NCBI GenBank assembly: GCA_028023455.1
Contig: JAQFVV010000005.1
Coordinates: forward strand, 7,440,001 to 7,504,000
Direction of reading: 5' to 3'
Origin: Epiperipatus broadwayi
Lineage: Eukaryota; Animalia; Onychophora
Length of the DNA stretch: 64,000 nucleotides
A program made the translations under genes and the position numbers. Shown here piece by piece: positions 12,635-25,857 of the stretch. The notes beneath the pieces were generated by a model. It did no database searches. It was not told the DNA's origin and saw nothing but the letters and a program-made list of their open reading frames with translations. How positions within the stretch are numbered: position 1 is the first letter of the stretch; every line of letters begins with the position of its first letter.

Positions 12635-14783
12635 TGTAACGGGCACATATGTACTTTACATTGTTTTTTTATTAGTAAACATGAAAAGAAGAAAATTTCG
12701 CAAATAAAACTTCCTTTTTAAGAATTAAAAATTGAAAATTAATTCTATCTTAAACTCATATATATAAATCGCACAGATGAAAAAAAAATTATTAAACGAA
12801 AACTTTATTAAAGAAAAAGTATTTTAAAACTTAAAAAGATTTAGAGATAAAAATATATCTTTAATTTTGGAAAACACATTAATTAATCAGAAATGGAAAT
12901 GATTGTTTTAATTAGCTAAATGTAAACTAGCCTTGGGCATTTAAATGTAAAAGCAACGGTCAGATAGGAAAACAATAGAAACTAATAGCCAATGAAAGAA
13001 ATCCCTCAAATCGGACCTCAGCGAAAGGACTATCACCATCGTCGTGACGTAATGTTCACTGGATCTGAAAGGCTACTATAAAAAGTAATAAAATAAAATT
13101 ATTGAAAAGAGTAGACAGATATGTGTTAGTGCGGAGGTGAAGGAGAAGGGATTGAAAAGATGCACTCTTCAATCCCTTCAGTTCTGCTAAGAAAGAAAGA
13201 GAAATGAACTATCGTTTTCTACATTGAGGACGAGTTAAAGCAAAAACCTCCAGATGGATAAATAAATCTGCCTACAGAATATCAACCCCTTTAGGACGGT
13301 GTGGGAATTCATGTTCATGGCAAGCAATGGATAAAGTTGGATGTTTTAAAGATCGTAAGAACTTTATATTCACTTGAAAAAAATAAGAACTCTAAATTTT
13401 AAAACCTTTTTGTAAATAATGCAATAGAATCCTATCTGACCAAACTAAATTCTTTATTAATAGTGTTATTTGTTTTTTTGTTTTTTTTATTTTAAATCAT
13501 TTCCATTTATATTTTTTGTTCTTTAAGTTTTATTATGATTTCTGTTTTCCGATAAATTAAAATATATCGATGTTAAACTTAAGTCGGGTGTGAATGGCTG
13601 TATAGATTTGTAAATTTATATTAGGGGAGGGTAATCTTAGGTTATTTGTGTTGTTGTTGAATTGGGTCAATGGATTGGATATATTGGTGTAGTTAGTAGA
13701 TGTAATGCAAGATTCGCTATGGGCAGAATCGCTAGTATACGCCGCACACTTCCTTTTGCCTAGCGAATGCGATCGTAAGTCGGCGAAATGACCGCAGTCC
13801 GTTTCTATGGAGTTTTTTTTTATTGTCATTAGATAGATGTAATATTCCTATCTGATGAGAGTCAATGTCTTATCTTAACCTATTTTGTGTTGCCGTATTC
13901 GTATTACTTTGAATACATCGATATGTCAGATGGATTGACACCAGTTTGACTGCGAACTTTTAGCCTAAGGTTAAATGGCGATAGAATGTTTTATCTTCTA
14001 ATGCAAATCTATGTAGTCTATTCATACTCGACACTAAATAAAAATGCATTAAATTTAAGTTGTTTATAGACGCTTGCATGGATTCGTTATCGGTTAATTA
14101 TGTTTTGGGTTTTCATATTTGATCAAAATATATAGACATTCGATAAATAATGATACCTTACGGTGAGTATCTAAAATGTATTTATTCGGAGGTCTTTTAA
14201 GTTATTGGTGTAAATGCAAGCATCTTATGGTGAATGCTATTGGGTTACTTATAAATTTCCCTCTGCAATTGACGGTATCAATGATTTTGTATTTTGATTG
14301 TTTATGTTTATTTTGAAATGTTTTTGACCGTGGAATCTATGTAACCGATCTATACTCAACATTTTTAAACAAATCTGTGCGAACTAATAATAGTATAAAA
14401 TTTAAAATGTAAATTAAAAATCTAAAATAAAAGTAAAAATAATGTTAAATGTTAAAGTAAACATATTAAAATAATAATGTTGAATCTTATATATATATGT
14501 GTGTAAATAAATTTCTGTATGTTAATTACTGGCAGTGGCTTATTTTATTTATTTTTTAATATTGAAATATAATTAGATAAGAGATTATATTATTAAATCT
14601 CTGCTACTCCCTGAGCTAGTAACATGGGCTAATGATCGGATATCAAAATATATAAATAAAATAAAAATAAAATTTTTTTTTGACTTACGTATCTGCCTAC
14701 TTTATAAATATTTCTAGGTTCAAATGCCTGGATGGCGCCCTGTAGTGCAGATCACATTAAGTGTTATTCTCTGGATCGTTACA
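12635..14783 (+). mobile_element. 2149-bp solo LTR-like insertion nested in the hAT transposase
   Basis: Termini TGTAAC...GTTACA, 4-bp TSD catt (12631-12634; 14784-14787); removing it restores the transposase frame (KFDIF*HDITINTSKYFPDL). Confidence 0.85.
12985..13090 (+). promoter_or_regulatory. Putative U3 promoter of the solo LTR
   Basis: CCAAT (12989), CRE-like tgacgtaa (13045), TATA-like tataaaaag (13077) in the expected order; locally CpG-richer than flanks. Confidence 0.45.
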
Positions 14784-15729
14784 CATTAATACCTCCAAAT
14801 ATTTTCCAGATTTAAGGGTCCATGCAAATCAACAAAGACAAACTTCAAAAGTATGGTGAAGCTCTCAGAGAAGAATTTTCAAATGATTGAAGATTTCAAA
14901 ACATGTCATATTTTCTTTCCTCATCAAACCTGACTTAATTCATCTAAATGTGACCTCATTTAACTTATCTTTTTTGAGAGGCTGGACACTGATAGTTTTG
15001 AAATGGAATTTGTCAAATTAATATCAGAATTGTGGAAAACTAAATTGGTAGGATTGTGGAAAATTCTTAAAGGAAACTAGAAAAGTCAGCATTCATTCTC
15101 AGTTGTTGGATATCTTTACCTGAATGATTTAATTCTTTGAAGAAAATCACATGTGTTCTGTTTTTGGCACTCAATTCAACTTACTTATGTGAACAATTTT
15201 TTTCACATATGAAAGATATTTTGAAATCGAAAGAAGTTGTCTAACACCTGAATATTCAGAAGCTGTGTGAAACTTAAAGTGACCAATTAGACATCTGATA
15301 TTAAGCAAAGTTCACATTAATTTATTAATAGCTCAGATTAATAATAAAGAATGACGAATATTAGAATTATTGATAACTTTTTTTATTTAAACTATGAATA
15401 GAAAAAAATTTATAATTTGTGATACAATTTTTAAGAAACAAACGTGTTGAAAACTAAAATTTAACAAAACATACTTTTCACATATGAACTTATGCATTTT
15501 AAAATATTAAATGACCAATAATATAAGATCCAGTTATAATGGTTTTAAAAATTTATAATATATAATTTTGAAACCCAATATAATCGGACCACTTTTGATA
15601 CTATGTATAATAAGATTGATGGGATCATGTCAGTATGTTAAATAACATAACATAGGTTCAGCATGACATCAGTAAAAGATTGCCAATCCTTGCTCTAAAA
15701 TAATATTAATAATAACAAATGGTCAAGTG

Positions 15730-16645
15730 AATATCACATGGTCACCATTTCTTATGCTTGCTCATAACTTACTAAACAGCCAAAACTCTCCATACAGTAT
15801 TGCCACTCAGTGCAAGCCAGAGTAATCAATGGATGCCAGAAGGTTTGTGCATAAAAACCTTATCTAGTGCCTACTCATCCAATATCCCCAGACTAGTTTC
15901 TGGCTGTGGCCTTCATCAGTGAGGAGCCTTGGATCTGAGAGCACTACACCTAGATCTTAGGACCTAATACAACCCTCCAGCAGCCACCTTTTATCTCTAC
16001 TTAACTACTAAACTATGAGAATCAAATTGAAAACACAATATTTTCAATCTAAGCTCATTAGCTTATATAGTCATATGGGTCTGAACTCAGTTCAGCATCC
16101 ATACATTTTGGTGTCTTTGGCTCTTTTACAACTATAGCCACCACTATCCTATTAGGCAGGATTGGTATTATACCACTGAACATCACATGATCACCACTTC
16201 TTATGCTTGCACTACTGTATGGAGAGTTTTGCCTGCTTAATAACAGTTATGAGCAGCATAAGAAATGATGATCATGTGATGTTCAGTGATTTAATACTAA
16301 TTCTGCTTAATAGGATAGTGGTGGTTATGGTTGCAAAAGAGTCAAAGACACCAAAATGTATGGATGCTGAACTGAGTTCAGACCCATATGACTATATAAG
16401 CTAATGAGCTTAGATTGAAAATAGTGTTTTCAATTTGATTCTTGTAGTTTTGTAGTTAAGTAGAGATAAAAGGTGACTGCTGGAGGGTTGCATTAGATCC
16501 TAAGAAGGCCACAAGCCAGAAACTAGTCTGGGGATATTGGATGAGTAGGCACTAGATAGGGATTTTATGCACAAGCCTTCTGGCATCCATTGATTACTTT
16601 GGCTTGCACTGAGTGGCACTACTGTATGAAGAGTTTTGCCTGTTT
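15730..16645. mobile_element. Family A locus 2: head-to-head inverted pair, each arm longer than one unit (unit 449 nt)
   Basis: TSD aaatgg(t/c)caagtg at 15717-15729 and 16646-16658; minus arm 15730-16210, plus arm 16211-16645; paralogous empty site at ~7340-7355. Confidence 0.9.
15878..15932 (-). ncRNA. Minimal type-I hammerhead ribozyme motif (family A)
   Basis: Reverse strand reads cuccuca-CUGAUGA-A-GGC-caca-GCC-A-GAAA-C-UA-GUC-uggggauauugga. Confidence 0.75.
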
Positions 16646-18137
16646 AAATGGCCAAGTGGTTGGTGATTCTGAATAAGTGAAAATTAATGAAAAATAATAG
16701 AAAATTTATACTCACTAAAAAAATTGCTTAAAAAGAAAAATATATAATGAACATTATATTTCTCTAAACATTTTTAAAAATTTAAAATATGATGACATCA
16801 TATAGAAAAAAAAGCATAAAAAGTAAAAAGAGATTTTTTATTGATTAAAGTTGTGTACAGCAAACCTATTAGTTTTTATTTTAAAAACTAGTTCAATTTT
16901 GGAAATAAAGTCAAAAAATTGTGAGTTTATATATTTATATCAAGAAAACACAATTTGTTTTCCTTTTGATATTTCTCTAAGAGTAGTTTTTTCACTTTAC
17001 TCAGTATATGCATCTATAGTAAATTTGATAGTCATTGATATTAGTGCAGTTATTTTTTTATTTCCAAATTAGTTTCTGGATTATGATCATTATTATTGCT
17101 GACTTTGGATTTAATACTACTTTCATTTAGCTGCCATTTTTTAACTTTTTAGCTCAACTAGTCAGAGATTGTGGATATAGTAGCTCTGTCATCTAGTATT
17201 CATTGATTATTCAAGTTCTCAATAGATATGGCTCTTACTAAAAATGAAAAAAAAAAAGCTTCTAAAAGCATTTTTATATATTTATTTGTAATAAATATTC
17301 TGATATCAATGTATGTACAAAAATTTATCTTATGTGATCATAATGTGTATAAGGTTTATTTTTTGAATTTAAATTTATTAAGTGACACAATATTTTATTT
17401 ATTTGTGAAGATAATTAAACAAATGAATATGTAAAAATGATATATCCAAATGATTCATAGTTCTATGGTACTGACATTTCAAATAAATTGCACCCGCTAT
17501 CAACTGGGTTATTATAAAAAAAATTTTCTACAGAAGTACTGCAAGCATTGACATACAAGATTAAAAATACAACAAGAACAAAACAAATTTAAAATTCTAA
17601 AAGTGGGAGTGAAATGATGACAAAAGAAAAATAATATTTAAATCAATAGCTATTGGGTATTAAGGATTGAAAAATTTTTTCTAATGGAAAATGGTTTACA
17701 TGTTTTGTCATGTTTATTGATACAATTTGTGTTCTTAAGATTCTCAATGGCTTCTCTAATTTTTATTTGCTAGAGATTATCACATCTGGATAGAATCCTA
17801 GTGTTTAAAAAATTATATTACAATCATCTACAGCATGGAATGAGATTGCTAATGATGATGAATGTTGCTGTTCATCTTTCCTAATACTGATGTGACAATT
17901 TTTTATACCTACATAAGAGGCTTCATAAACTCCATGGGCCTTAAGAGGGACAGTGCCTAGGTCTCGTCAGAATGTTGTCAATTTTTTAGTTAATGGTATA
18001 GTCATTTTTATGTTACAACTATTGAGAATATTTCCAATATTGTCAGTCATATGGACTAATAATAATAGTTTTTTTTTTTATTATTTTTTATTATGAGTGT
18101 TTTGAATCAGAATTTAGGCTTTTTTATGTTACCATTA

Positions 18138-18194
18138 CCCCCCCCCCCCCCCCCCCCCGGCCCCCCGCCCCCCCCCCCCCCCCCCCCCCTTCCC
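18138..18194. repeat. Poly-C tract of about 55 bp (G-run on minus strand)
   Basis: Nearly uninterrupted C run in a very AT-rich background. Confidence 0.9.
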
Positions 18195-21100
18195 AAAATC
18201 AACTAATCAGCTTCTTTTGCCATTACTGAGGAACATTCTTTATCACTTCATTTTACTATCAGACATCATTATCATACTTTACTTTTTCAATAATATTTAA
18301 CATTATTTCTGCTGGTACTGTCTTTAAACAAGTTACAGAAATGTATTTCTTCATGAATCTAGTATTTATCTACTTCTGTTTTATTATCTATGTCTTCTCT
18401 ATTACTGGGAACCAACAATGATATTTGGGTTTATAATTTTTCACCCATCTATATTTCTGCAAGCAATTTTGTGTAGTAGGGTTTGGGTTTACTTAATGAT
18501 TGTATCAAATGCTGGACTATTCTCTTGGCTAGTCCATTTAACTCATGGCGATACAGGAATATTAAAGCATCTTATTTATTTACTAATTTAGAAACATTAA
18601 CTGCTGGGAGGTAAAATTAATTCCCTTACCTGAAATTAACATTTCAGGGTTTGTTAATTATTCATATGTCTCCAATGCACCAATTCTTTTTACACTTTAA
18701 TAGTGTCTATTTAAATTAAGCATTTATGATCACTGAAAAATGTGATCCTTAAAAGAATTGATATGATTCAAATGTATACATTGCCAATATTTGTTATAGA
18801 TAACCTAGCAATAGATTGCTGAATTAAGTAGTACTTAGTTTTCTGTTCAATATCATTTCTTAGACCTGATCATAACAAATAAGACCTTGCAAGGGTTTTA
18901 GCTTTAATTATGTCAGGATATTTTTTTTTTTTTGTACTTGTTTTAAAACTTGTTTTCTACATGCAGTTAGAATCAATGTATATTTTTCACATTTTGATAA
19001 ACTATTGCAAACATTTAAATCTATTATCCTTCATTACCAGATTAGCAATAAAGTCATCCGTCCCTAAATTACTTACACATTGAGAATCATGTTTCCTTTC
19101 TTTTATTTGACTACAACAACTCTATTTAATAAAGTTGACCCCATTATGTCTATATGATTTATTTCTGCATCAATTTGTCTATATTCATGCTTTTCTATCC
19201 TGGATAATATACTTGTGTGACAATTTTCAAAATTTTTGAATGAGTTCAAAATCACACCCTGCTGATAGTTTCATTCATCTGAGTGTTCTTTGGGTCAGTT
19301 GATCTGGTGTTTGATTTAGGTTTGCCAATATTTCTAATAGAAAGCTATAATTGGTATACACTTCTAAAACATGCTTTGAAAAATACTTATAAAACTTTTT
19401 TACTGCATTTACAATACTCAGGACTGCATTACCCATATTTCTGAACATATTAGCAGTTAGGCACCCCCCCCTCCGTCTATAAACCTGATGTGAGACAATT
19501 CTGAGATGTTTTGGAAGCATCAATGGTTACTAATATTCTTTGGTCATCTCTGTAAAGTACTAGAAATTGTTTCTTCATTAACATGCTTTGTTTTATTGAG
19601 TTCTTCATTGTTCTACTCGCTACTTCCATTATTGATTCTTCTTTAACAAATCATACAGTGGAGTGACCACATGAGTATTTTTATTTTGGAAAGCTTCCAA
19701 AGAAATTTAAAAACTCTAAAATGCTTGCAATATTTTTAGAATTAGATGTACTTTTAACAGCCCTAAATTTTGTGTGATTTAGATACTTTGCTATTTATCA
19801 CATATTTTAAAAAACTTAATTTCAGTTGGGTATCAAATGTTTTGGGGCACTTAGATGTGTTTAGAATTTTTCTAAATGCTCACAAATTTTATTCACTTAT
19901 GGCATTTAGTTTCATCCTAGTTATTGCTATTATCAATTTAATATTAAAATATGGATTGACTCTTTCCATACATTGTAATAGCTCATCCATCTCAGCAATA
20001 GTTATACCATAAGGAAGTTTTATTTAAACAATCCCAAATTTATATTTTTTATCAAAAATTTCTTTGTCATTTATACTGGAATCTAGTGAAAAGTGGACTG
20101 TAAATCATGCTTAGAAAAAAAAAAAAAATTTTGAACTGAAGCTAAAACTTCATGAACATTCAATGCCAGTAGGGACCTTTATTAATAAAATAATTGCCAC
20201 ACAGGCAGATACTTGCATCAGTTTAAATATTCTGTATTATAACCATTGCCCACCCAAATTGACTGTTTGATAATTGCAATTATTCATTTATCTACTAAAT
20301 CTTTGAATGTTTTTTCATCATAACATTCCTAGCAAAGGATCATCTTTTTGAGTATACAAATAACAGGATAGGCATTCTTTATTATTTCTGTAACCATAGG
20401 CTGGATATTGAGTTCTGAGAGATCCAAGTTAAATAAATCTGAAAAACTTCTAATTTTAATTTTACTCTTTTAATTATTTTTATTTTTACATCCAGTGGCT
20501 TTTTTTATAATAGAACTTATATTTTGTTACTATATCCAAAGGCTTCTTTACTTTATCTGGTACATTTATTATCCCTACTATTTATATGAGATTACTATTT
20601 ATGTTGCTAAATCTGCTTTAACTATTGCTATTATACTTTGCAATTTCTTATTGTGTAACCAATCGTTTCTACTTTATAACGTCATTCTGTTTAATATATA
20701 CAAACTTTTTATTTATTTTTTCTTATTTGAAGAGTTATGACTGCACCAATACAGTTTATCTAAGGGCAATTAGCAGCATTTCTAGATGGCAAACAAGGAA
20801 CAGTAGACAAAACTAGACTATGCATAGAAAAGCAGATATTGGTTTAATAATAACTTAAATAGTGCATATAATCTTTGATTCATTGTACATATTAATAGCT
20901 CTTCGATATTTATTTAACATATTATTACATGGTTTTAATATAGACCTTCAGAAATCATAAAAAGTAATATTTTAATAGTCCTACATGTATTTGTATCTAA
21001 AGAATAGATGTTTCTTGAATTAAAGAAACTTGTCATCTTGGAGAGTCTGTGAACATACACGAATCTCCAATTTTTGTTATTTGCTTGGTTCTTCTGGGGA

Positions 21101-21399
21101 GACTAATGACTTCCTATCAAACCAATTAGCATTATAATCAATATTCATTGTATTTTTAATAAATTGTCATCCTTTTTAATTACAGTTATTTTTTTGATTA
21201 TTTAAAATTATGATTCCAATAAAAAATATTAAACAGCCATTCATAAATGAGTATGGTCATTCTAAGTCCAAAAAAAAGAAGAGAGAAAACTACTCTATAA
21301 ATGAGCCATGTAATGATTATATATAACAATCTATGAAACACAAATATGTCCAATATAGAATGTTAGTTTATTTTCCTCTTTACTTGAATGAAATCTTTT

Positions 21400-23250
21400 A
21401 ATTTTTTTCAATAGAAAGTATTTCTTTCTGTAATATTTCAACACCATGTCTAATTGTAGCTTTCCATTATTTTCTATTCTCTACCATATCTTTCCAATGA
21501 AAACAGTTGACTTTGCACTTCTTTAGAATGTCTTTGAAATAATCATTATAATGAAATGGCATCTATCTCTCCAGGTCAAATTTTCCAAAAACACTCTTCT
21601 AGGAAATCTTTCATTGTTCATTTGTTTTATATGTCCAACCCAATAAAGGTATGATTTTACAATAGTGCATTCTAGTATCACATCCCATAAATTGAAGAAT
21701 ATTGATTGGCTTTATGATATTATCATTATATTCTTAAGAGCATGCTTAAATGATACATTTCCCATGCCTCTATATTGCAGTAATAGTGTCCAAGTTTCAC
21801 TTCCATACAACAAATTGGGTAAAATAATAGTTATCTATATAGCTTATTTAGCAGCATTAATTATTTCATGTGATAAAATACCTTATTTTTTAATTTTTTA
21901 AAAGCAGCAGTAGGACAATGGAATCGATGGTGCACTTCAACATCTAAACCCACTTCTATTTTAAAAACTACAAAAATATTTAAATTGATATATGCATTCA
22001 AAAGTTGATAACCATTCAAGCTAAAAGTTGGTGAGAATTTTTTTTCTACCAGTGGATGATTAAAAAAACTTGAGTTTTTTTAAACATAAATTAATAAACC
22101 AATGTCTTTACATGTTGTATTCAAAATACTAAGGACATTCTATAAATCATTTTTTGAACAGGTAAAAATAACCAAATAATCAACATACTTTAAATCCAAA
22201 AGAATAAAAGTTTTTTTTTCACTTCTTTAATTTATTCATATTAAAATTCCACTATCAAATTTGTTTTGTGTTTTGATCCCTGTTCAATTAAACCATTTAC
22301 AAACAATTCCAAAGATTACTGTCACAAAAGTTGAAAATAATGTTGGAACAAGAGCATTACATTGTTTAATACTAATTTTCATTTCAAATGCTTCAGATTT
22401 TTCACCTATTATAATATTTTCTTTCATTTCATCATGCAAAATCTGCATAATGTTCATAAATTTTGATGGATAACCAACCTTTTAATTTTAAATTATTTCA
22501 TATATTTTTAACTAAATTGATTATTTTCTTTGCATTTGATTGATAGCAAAAGCCATGGCTATAGTGCTTCTTGATTCTCCAACACTTGTCTCTGGTAACA
22601 ATTCCTTTATGGCTGAGAGCAAAACCTATTCAACAAAATTCTTGAAAGTACCTTTGTATTATATTGAATAATAATGATATTCCAAGATAGTTACTGTAAT
22701 CTCGTCTATTTTCCCTGTTTTTTAAAAAATTGAAATAATAAAAGAATACTTACAATCCAGTGGATCCATATATTTAAAAAAATGCAATATTTATGAAGCT
22801 AACATATCATCAGCATATTTGAAAACATCTTCAAGTATTTCATCAGAACTCACAGCATTTCAGTTTTGAAAATTATAAAGAGCTGTTTTGACTTTACTAA
22901 GTTAGATATCTTTGTCCAAATCTAAATGAATAGATAAAATGGATACTTCATTAAAAGTCATCATTTTAATTCTTATATCATTATTCAAAAGATTATGAAA
23001 TATTTCTTCTGCCTAGTTAAAATATTGATATCATCATATAAGAGAATGCCATTTTTGGATTTAATAGGATAGTGATATTATTTCTCAAATCCATATCTTT
23101 GTTTTCAGTGCATCAAAACAAGATCTAGACCCACAATCAGTGAATGTCTATTTTCTTTGCAGTTTTAATCCACTAATATTTTAAGTCTTCTTATCACTCA
23201 TTAAACTTTTGCCTTCATATTTTTATATTATGAAATTCCACATTTAGTTT
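21400..23250 (-). mobile_element. Old, heavily decayed RTE-clade LINE fragment
   Basis: Minus-strand pieces KVLSRILLNR, LLPETSVGESRSTIAMAFAINQ (cf. LPESQCGFRxGRSTxDMIF), WVGHIKQMNNERFPRRV; many stops and frameshifts. Confidence 0.65.
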
Positions 23251-24430
23251 GTTATTTTGTGAAACAAAAAATTTTATATGTGTAATTAAAAAGAATTATG
23301 AATTCTAATTAAAAGGAAATTTAGAGTTCCTAATTTTTTAAATTACATGTTTGCTAATGATTTTTAATCAGTATTATTTTTAATTGCAGATATTTTTCAC
23401 CAACAATTATTTCCATACTGCCAGTCATTTAAGTAACAAATATAAACTCTTTTTTTTAATAATATACATTGTATTTTACATATCTCTATAAATATTATTA
23501 ACATTTCTTATGAAATGTAATATATTCAGTCATTACCTAGATATAACACAAAATTATTTAAAAAAATTAGGAATATTTATAGCATTCTTTTAATTATGCA
23601 TAATCATATTCTTATAAATATTTAGCACAAATTAAATTGACATTAATATTTACATTATTGTAATCATAGAAAACAGAAGTTGTTAATTGTTATAGAAACT
23701 TAAATTACAATTGTTATTTTACTAATCATTTTCTGTAAGATTATTATACTTCTTCCAATGAGTGATGTCAGTTTAACATTAAATATTTAGAAACATTTTA
23801 AAAAGTAGCCAAATTAGAAATGTATTTAGGCTAATACAGATCTTCAATCTAAAAGTATTTCCATGTATTACTAACTTAGATTAAAGAAGATTAAAAATAT
23901 AATCTTTTGTATCAGAGAATCATCTGTTATATTGTAAATTAATACAAAAACTAGATTTGTATAATGTAATTAAGTTGCCAGCATTTTGTGAATCAGGAGA
24001 TTATTTTTAAAAATAATGTTAATCATACTTTATTTTGCAGTCATTTTATTAAAGATAAAAATTTAAGAAATATGATTAAACCTAAAAGTTACTAAGCTTT
24101 AATTCATAAGAAAGGTATATTTATAAATTTTTGTTATAAAAATAAAATGCATAATAGTTTTGGAATTGATGATTTGATTCAAAGAAAACAATTTAGTAAT
24201 GATTATATTGATTTAGATTACCCTAATGATTATATTTATTGAAAATAATAATTTTAATTGGGTTTCCTGATAATAGTAAGAATAAAGAATTTATTTAGCA
24301 CCAATTTATAGATAAATTAATAAAATAGTTATTTATTGAAGAGAGGGCATGAGGATTGTTTGGAAAAAAGGCCATGATTTGAATTCACTATTAAATAATC
24401 AAACTGGCTGTTGATGATAAAGACATTCTA

Positions 24431-24484
24431 TGCATTGTTTATAAAATTCCATGCAGCTGTCATAAAATACATATAACTTAGACT
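24431..24484 (+). pseudogene. Penelope-type GIY-YIG endonuclease remnant
   Basis: Reads CIVYKIPCSCHKIHIT*T, resembling the PLE motif VYKIPCxCGxxYIGxT. Confidence 0.5.
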
Positions 24485-25857
24485 AATATTTTTAACTCAT
24501 TAAAATAGAGTTAAAAATAGATATTTTTAGTTCAGCTTTATATAATCATGAACATAATCCTGGTTATAAAATATTGCTTGACAATGCAAATGTTATTGTT
24601 TATGAATGCAATGGAATTTGATTACTTTTTTTGTTTTGAGGACATTAATATTGCAAAGAACTCCTTTAATGTAAAGAATGATTATCATTAATTGTGAATT
24701 GTGTGTAGTTTTATATATATATTTATGTTTACATTTAATTAATAATTTTCACTTGAAAAGGATTATTTGTTTAATAAGCAAAACCATGGTTTATGAAGAA
24801 AATTTTATAAAAGTTTAGTTTTTTTACTAATATCTTTATTGTTATATGTTTATTCTATTATTTTAATAATGATCTTTTTAAAGATAAAACTAGCTATTTC
24901 ACTCTGAATAAATGATAGAATACATGTGAGATAAAAACTTTTTGTAATAGCAATTTTTAAAATATAACTGAACATACTACACATAAATGTTGTAAATACA
25001 TTAATATGATTTTTATTTTATTTTAGGTGATTTCTATTAAATAAAAGTTTTTGACTACATTAAAGATTGTTTTGTATGATATTAAATACCAAGATGCCTA
25101 TTTGTTTAAAGAAAACCTAATAGAAGTGAAAGGAGAATCTACTTGACCAATGAAATTATAGAATTTTTCTTATAAAGATTGTTACCTAACTTTATTATTC
25201 ATAATGATGTTGTTCCCTCAGTGAGTATATTTTAATAATGCTGATTTGAATATCATATGAAAATTACAAAACAAAAGTTTATAAAAATGAAGAATTTTTT
25301 TTTAAAAAAAACTTTAATAGTGCAAGGAATTTTAAATAATAATATTTATTTTTGATGATTATAACATATATCAGAAATTATCTCAATTCTTCCATCTTTA
25401 AATATTTTGAAGTTCCCTTAAAATATTAATTCCAATCTATTTACTTATTAATGTAGATATCTGACTAAATAAACTGGAGTTTATAAAAGGAATGAGAGCA
25501 GTTCTCACAAAATTACAAAGGTTTAGATAGTTTTAATATAGTCTATAGGCAAGCAGTTTTAGAAAGAAAATATTAATGGTAATGCTAATTTATATGAAGA
25601 AATAAAGAATATCTTTAATGGACAATATATTGAAACTAAAGATATGAATAGCTTTATAAATCCCACTATTATTTGACTTTGGTGAAATTCTGTTAATGGA
25701 TTTACAAATAATGAAAATATCTGAAAAAAAAAAAAAACATCTCGTATAAGAAAGTAGCTGTTACATTGTTAAATCTGTGAATGCATTATTGGAAAAAAAC
25801 ATTTTAAATACTAAATAACAATAAAGAAAAAAATATAAAAGTGCATTAGCAACTAAT

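Larger units (their letters stand above)
11170..15692 (+). mobile_element. Decayed hAT DNA transposon (Charlie/SPIN, GTF2IRD2-like transposase pseudogene)
   Basis: Fragments FADGEFVKETFLKSAEILF, VAFDENTDVNDVAHLAIVARY, YGEALREEFSN, STYLCEQFFSHMKDILKSKRS; degenerate TIRs caaagctagcaacc (11170) and ggattgccaatccttg-type end (15692); flanks tcctagag/ctctaaaa resemble the NTCTAGAN Charlie target. Confidence 0.85.

Noticed and set aside
13557-13829. 90-aa ORF within the solo LTR
   Set aside because: No recognisable domain; low-complexity Asn/Thr content; probably fortuitous.
14733-14740. tggcgccc resembling a tRNA primer-binding site
   Set aside because: Lies inside the TSD-bounded LTR rather than just downstream of it; no gag/pol follows.
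16207-16404. 65-aa ORF within family A
   Set aside because: Non-ATG start, and the frame is disrupted by indels/stops in other copies of the unit.
18300-21000. Decayed coding-like sequence (similar stretches at 7800-9080, 28900-30800, 31900-32700, 34800-36100, 45700-45960)
   Set aside because: Probably old TE remnants, but motifs too eroded to assign a family from sequence alone.
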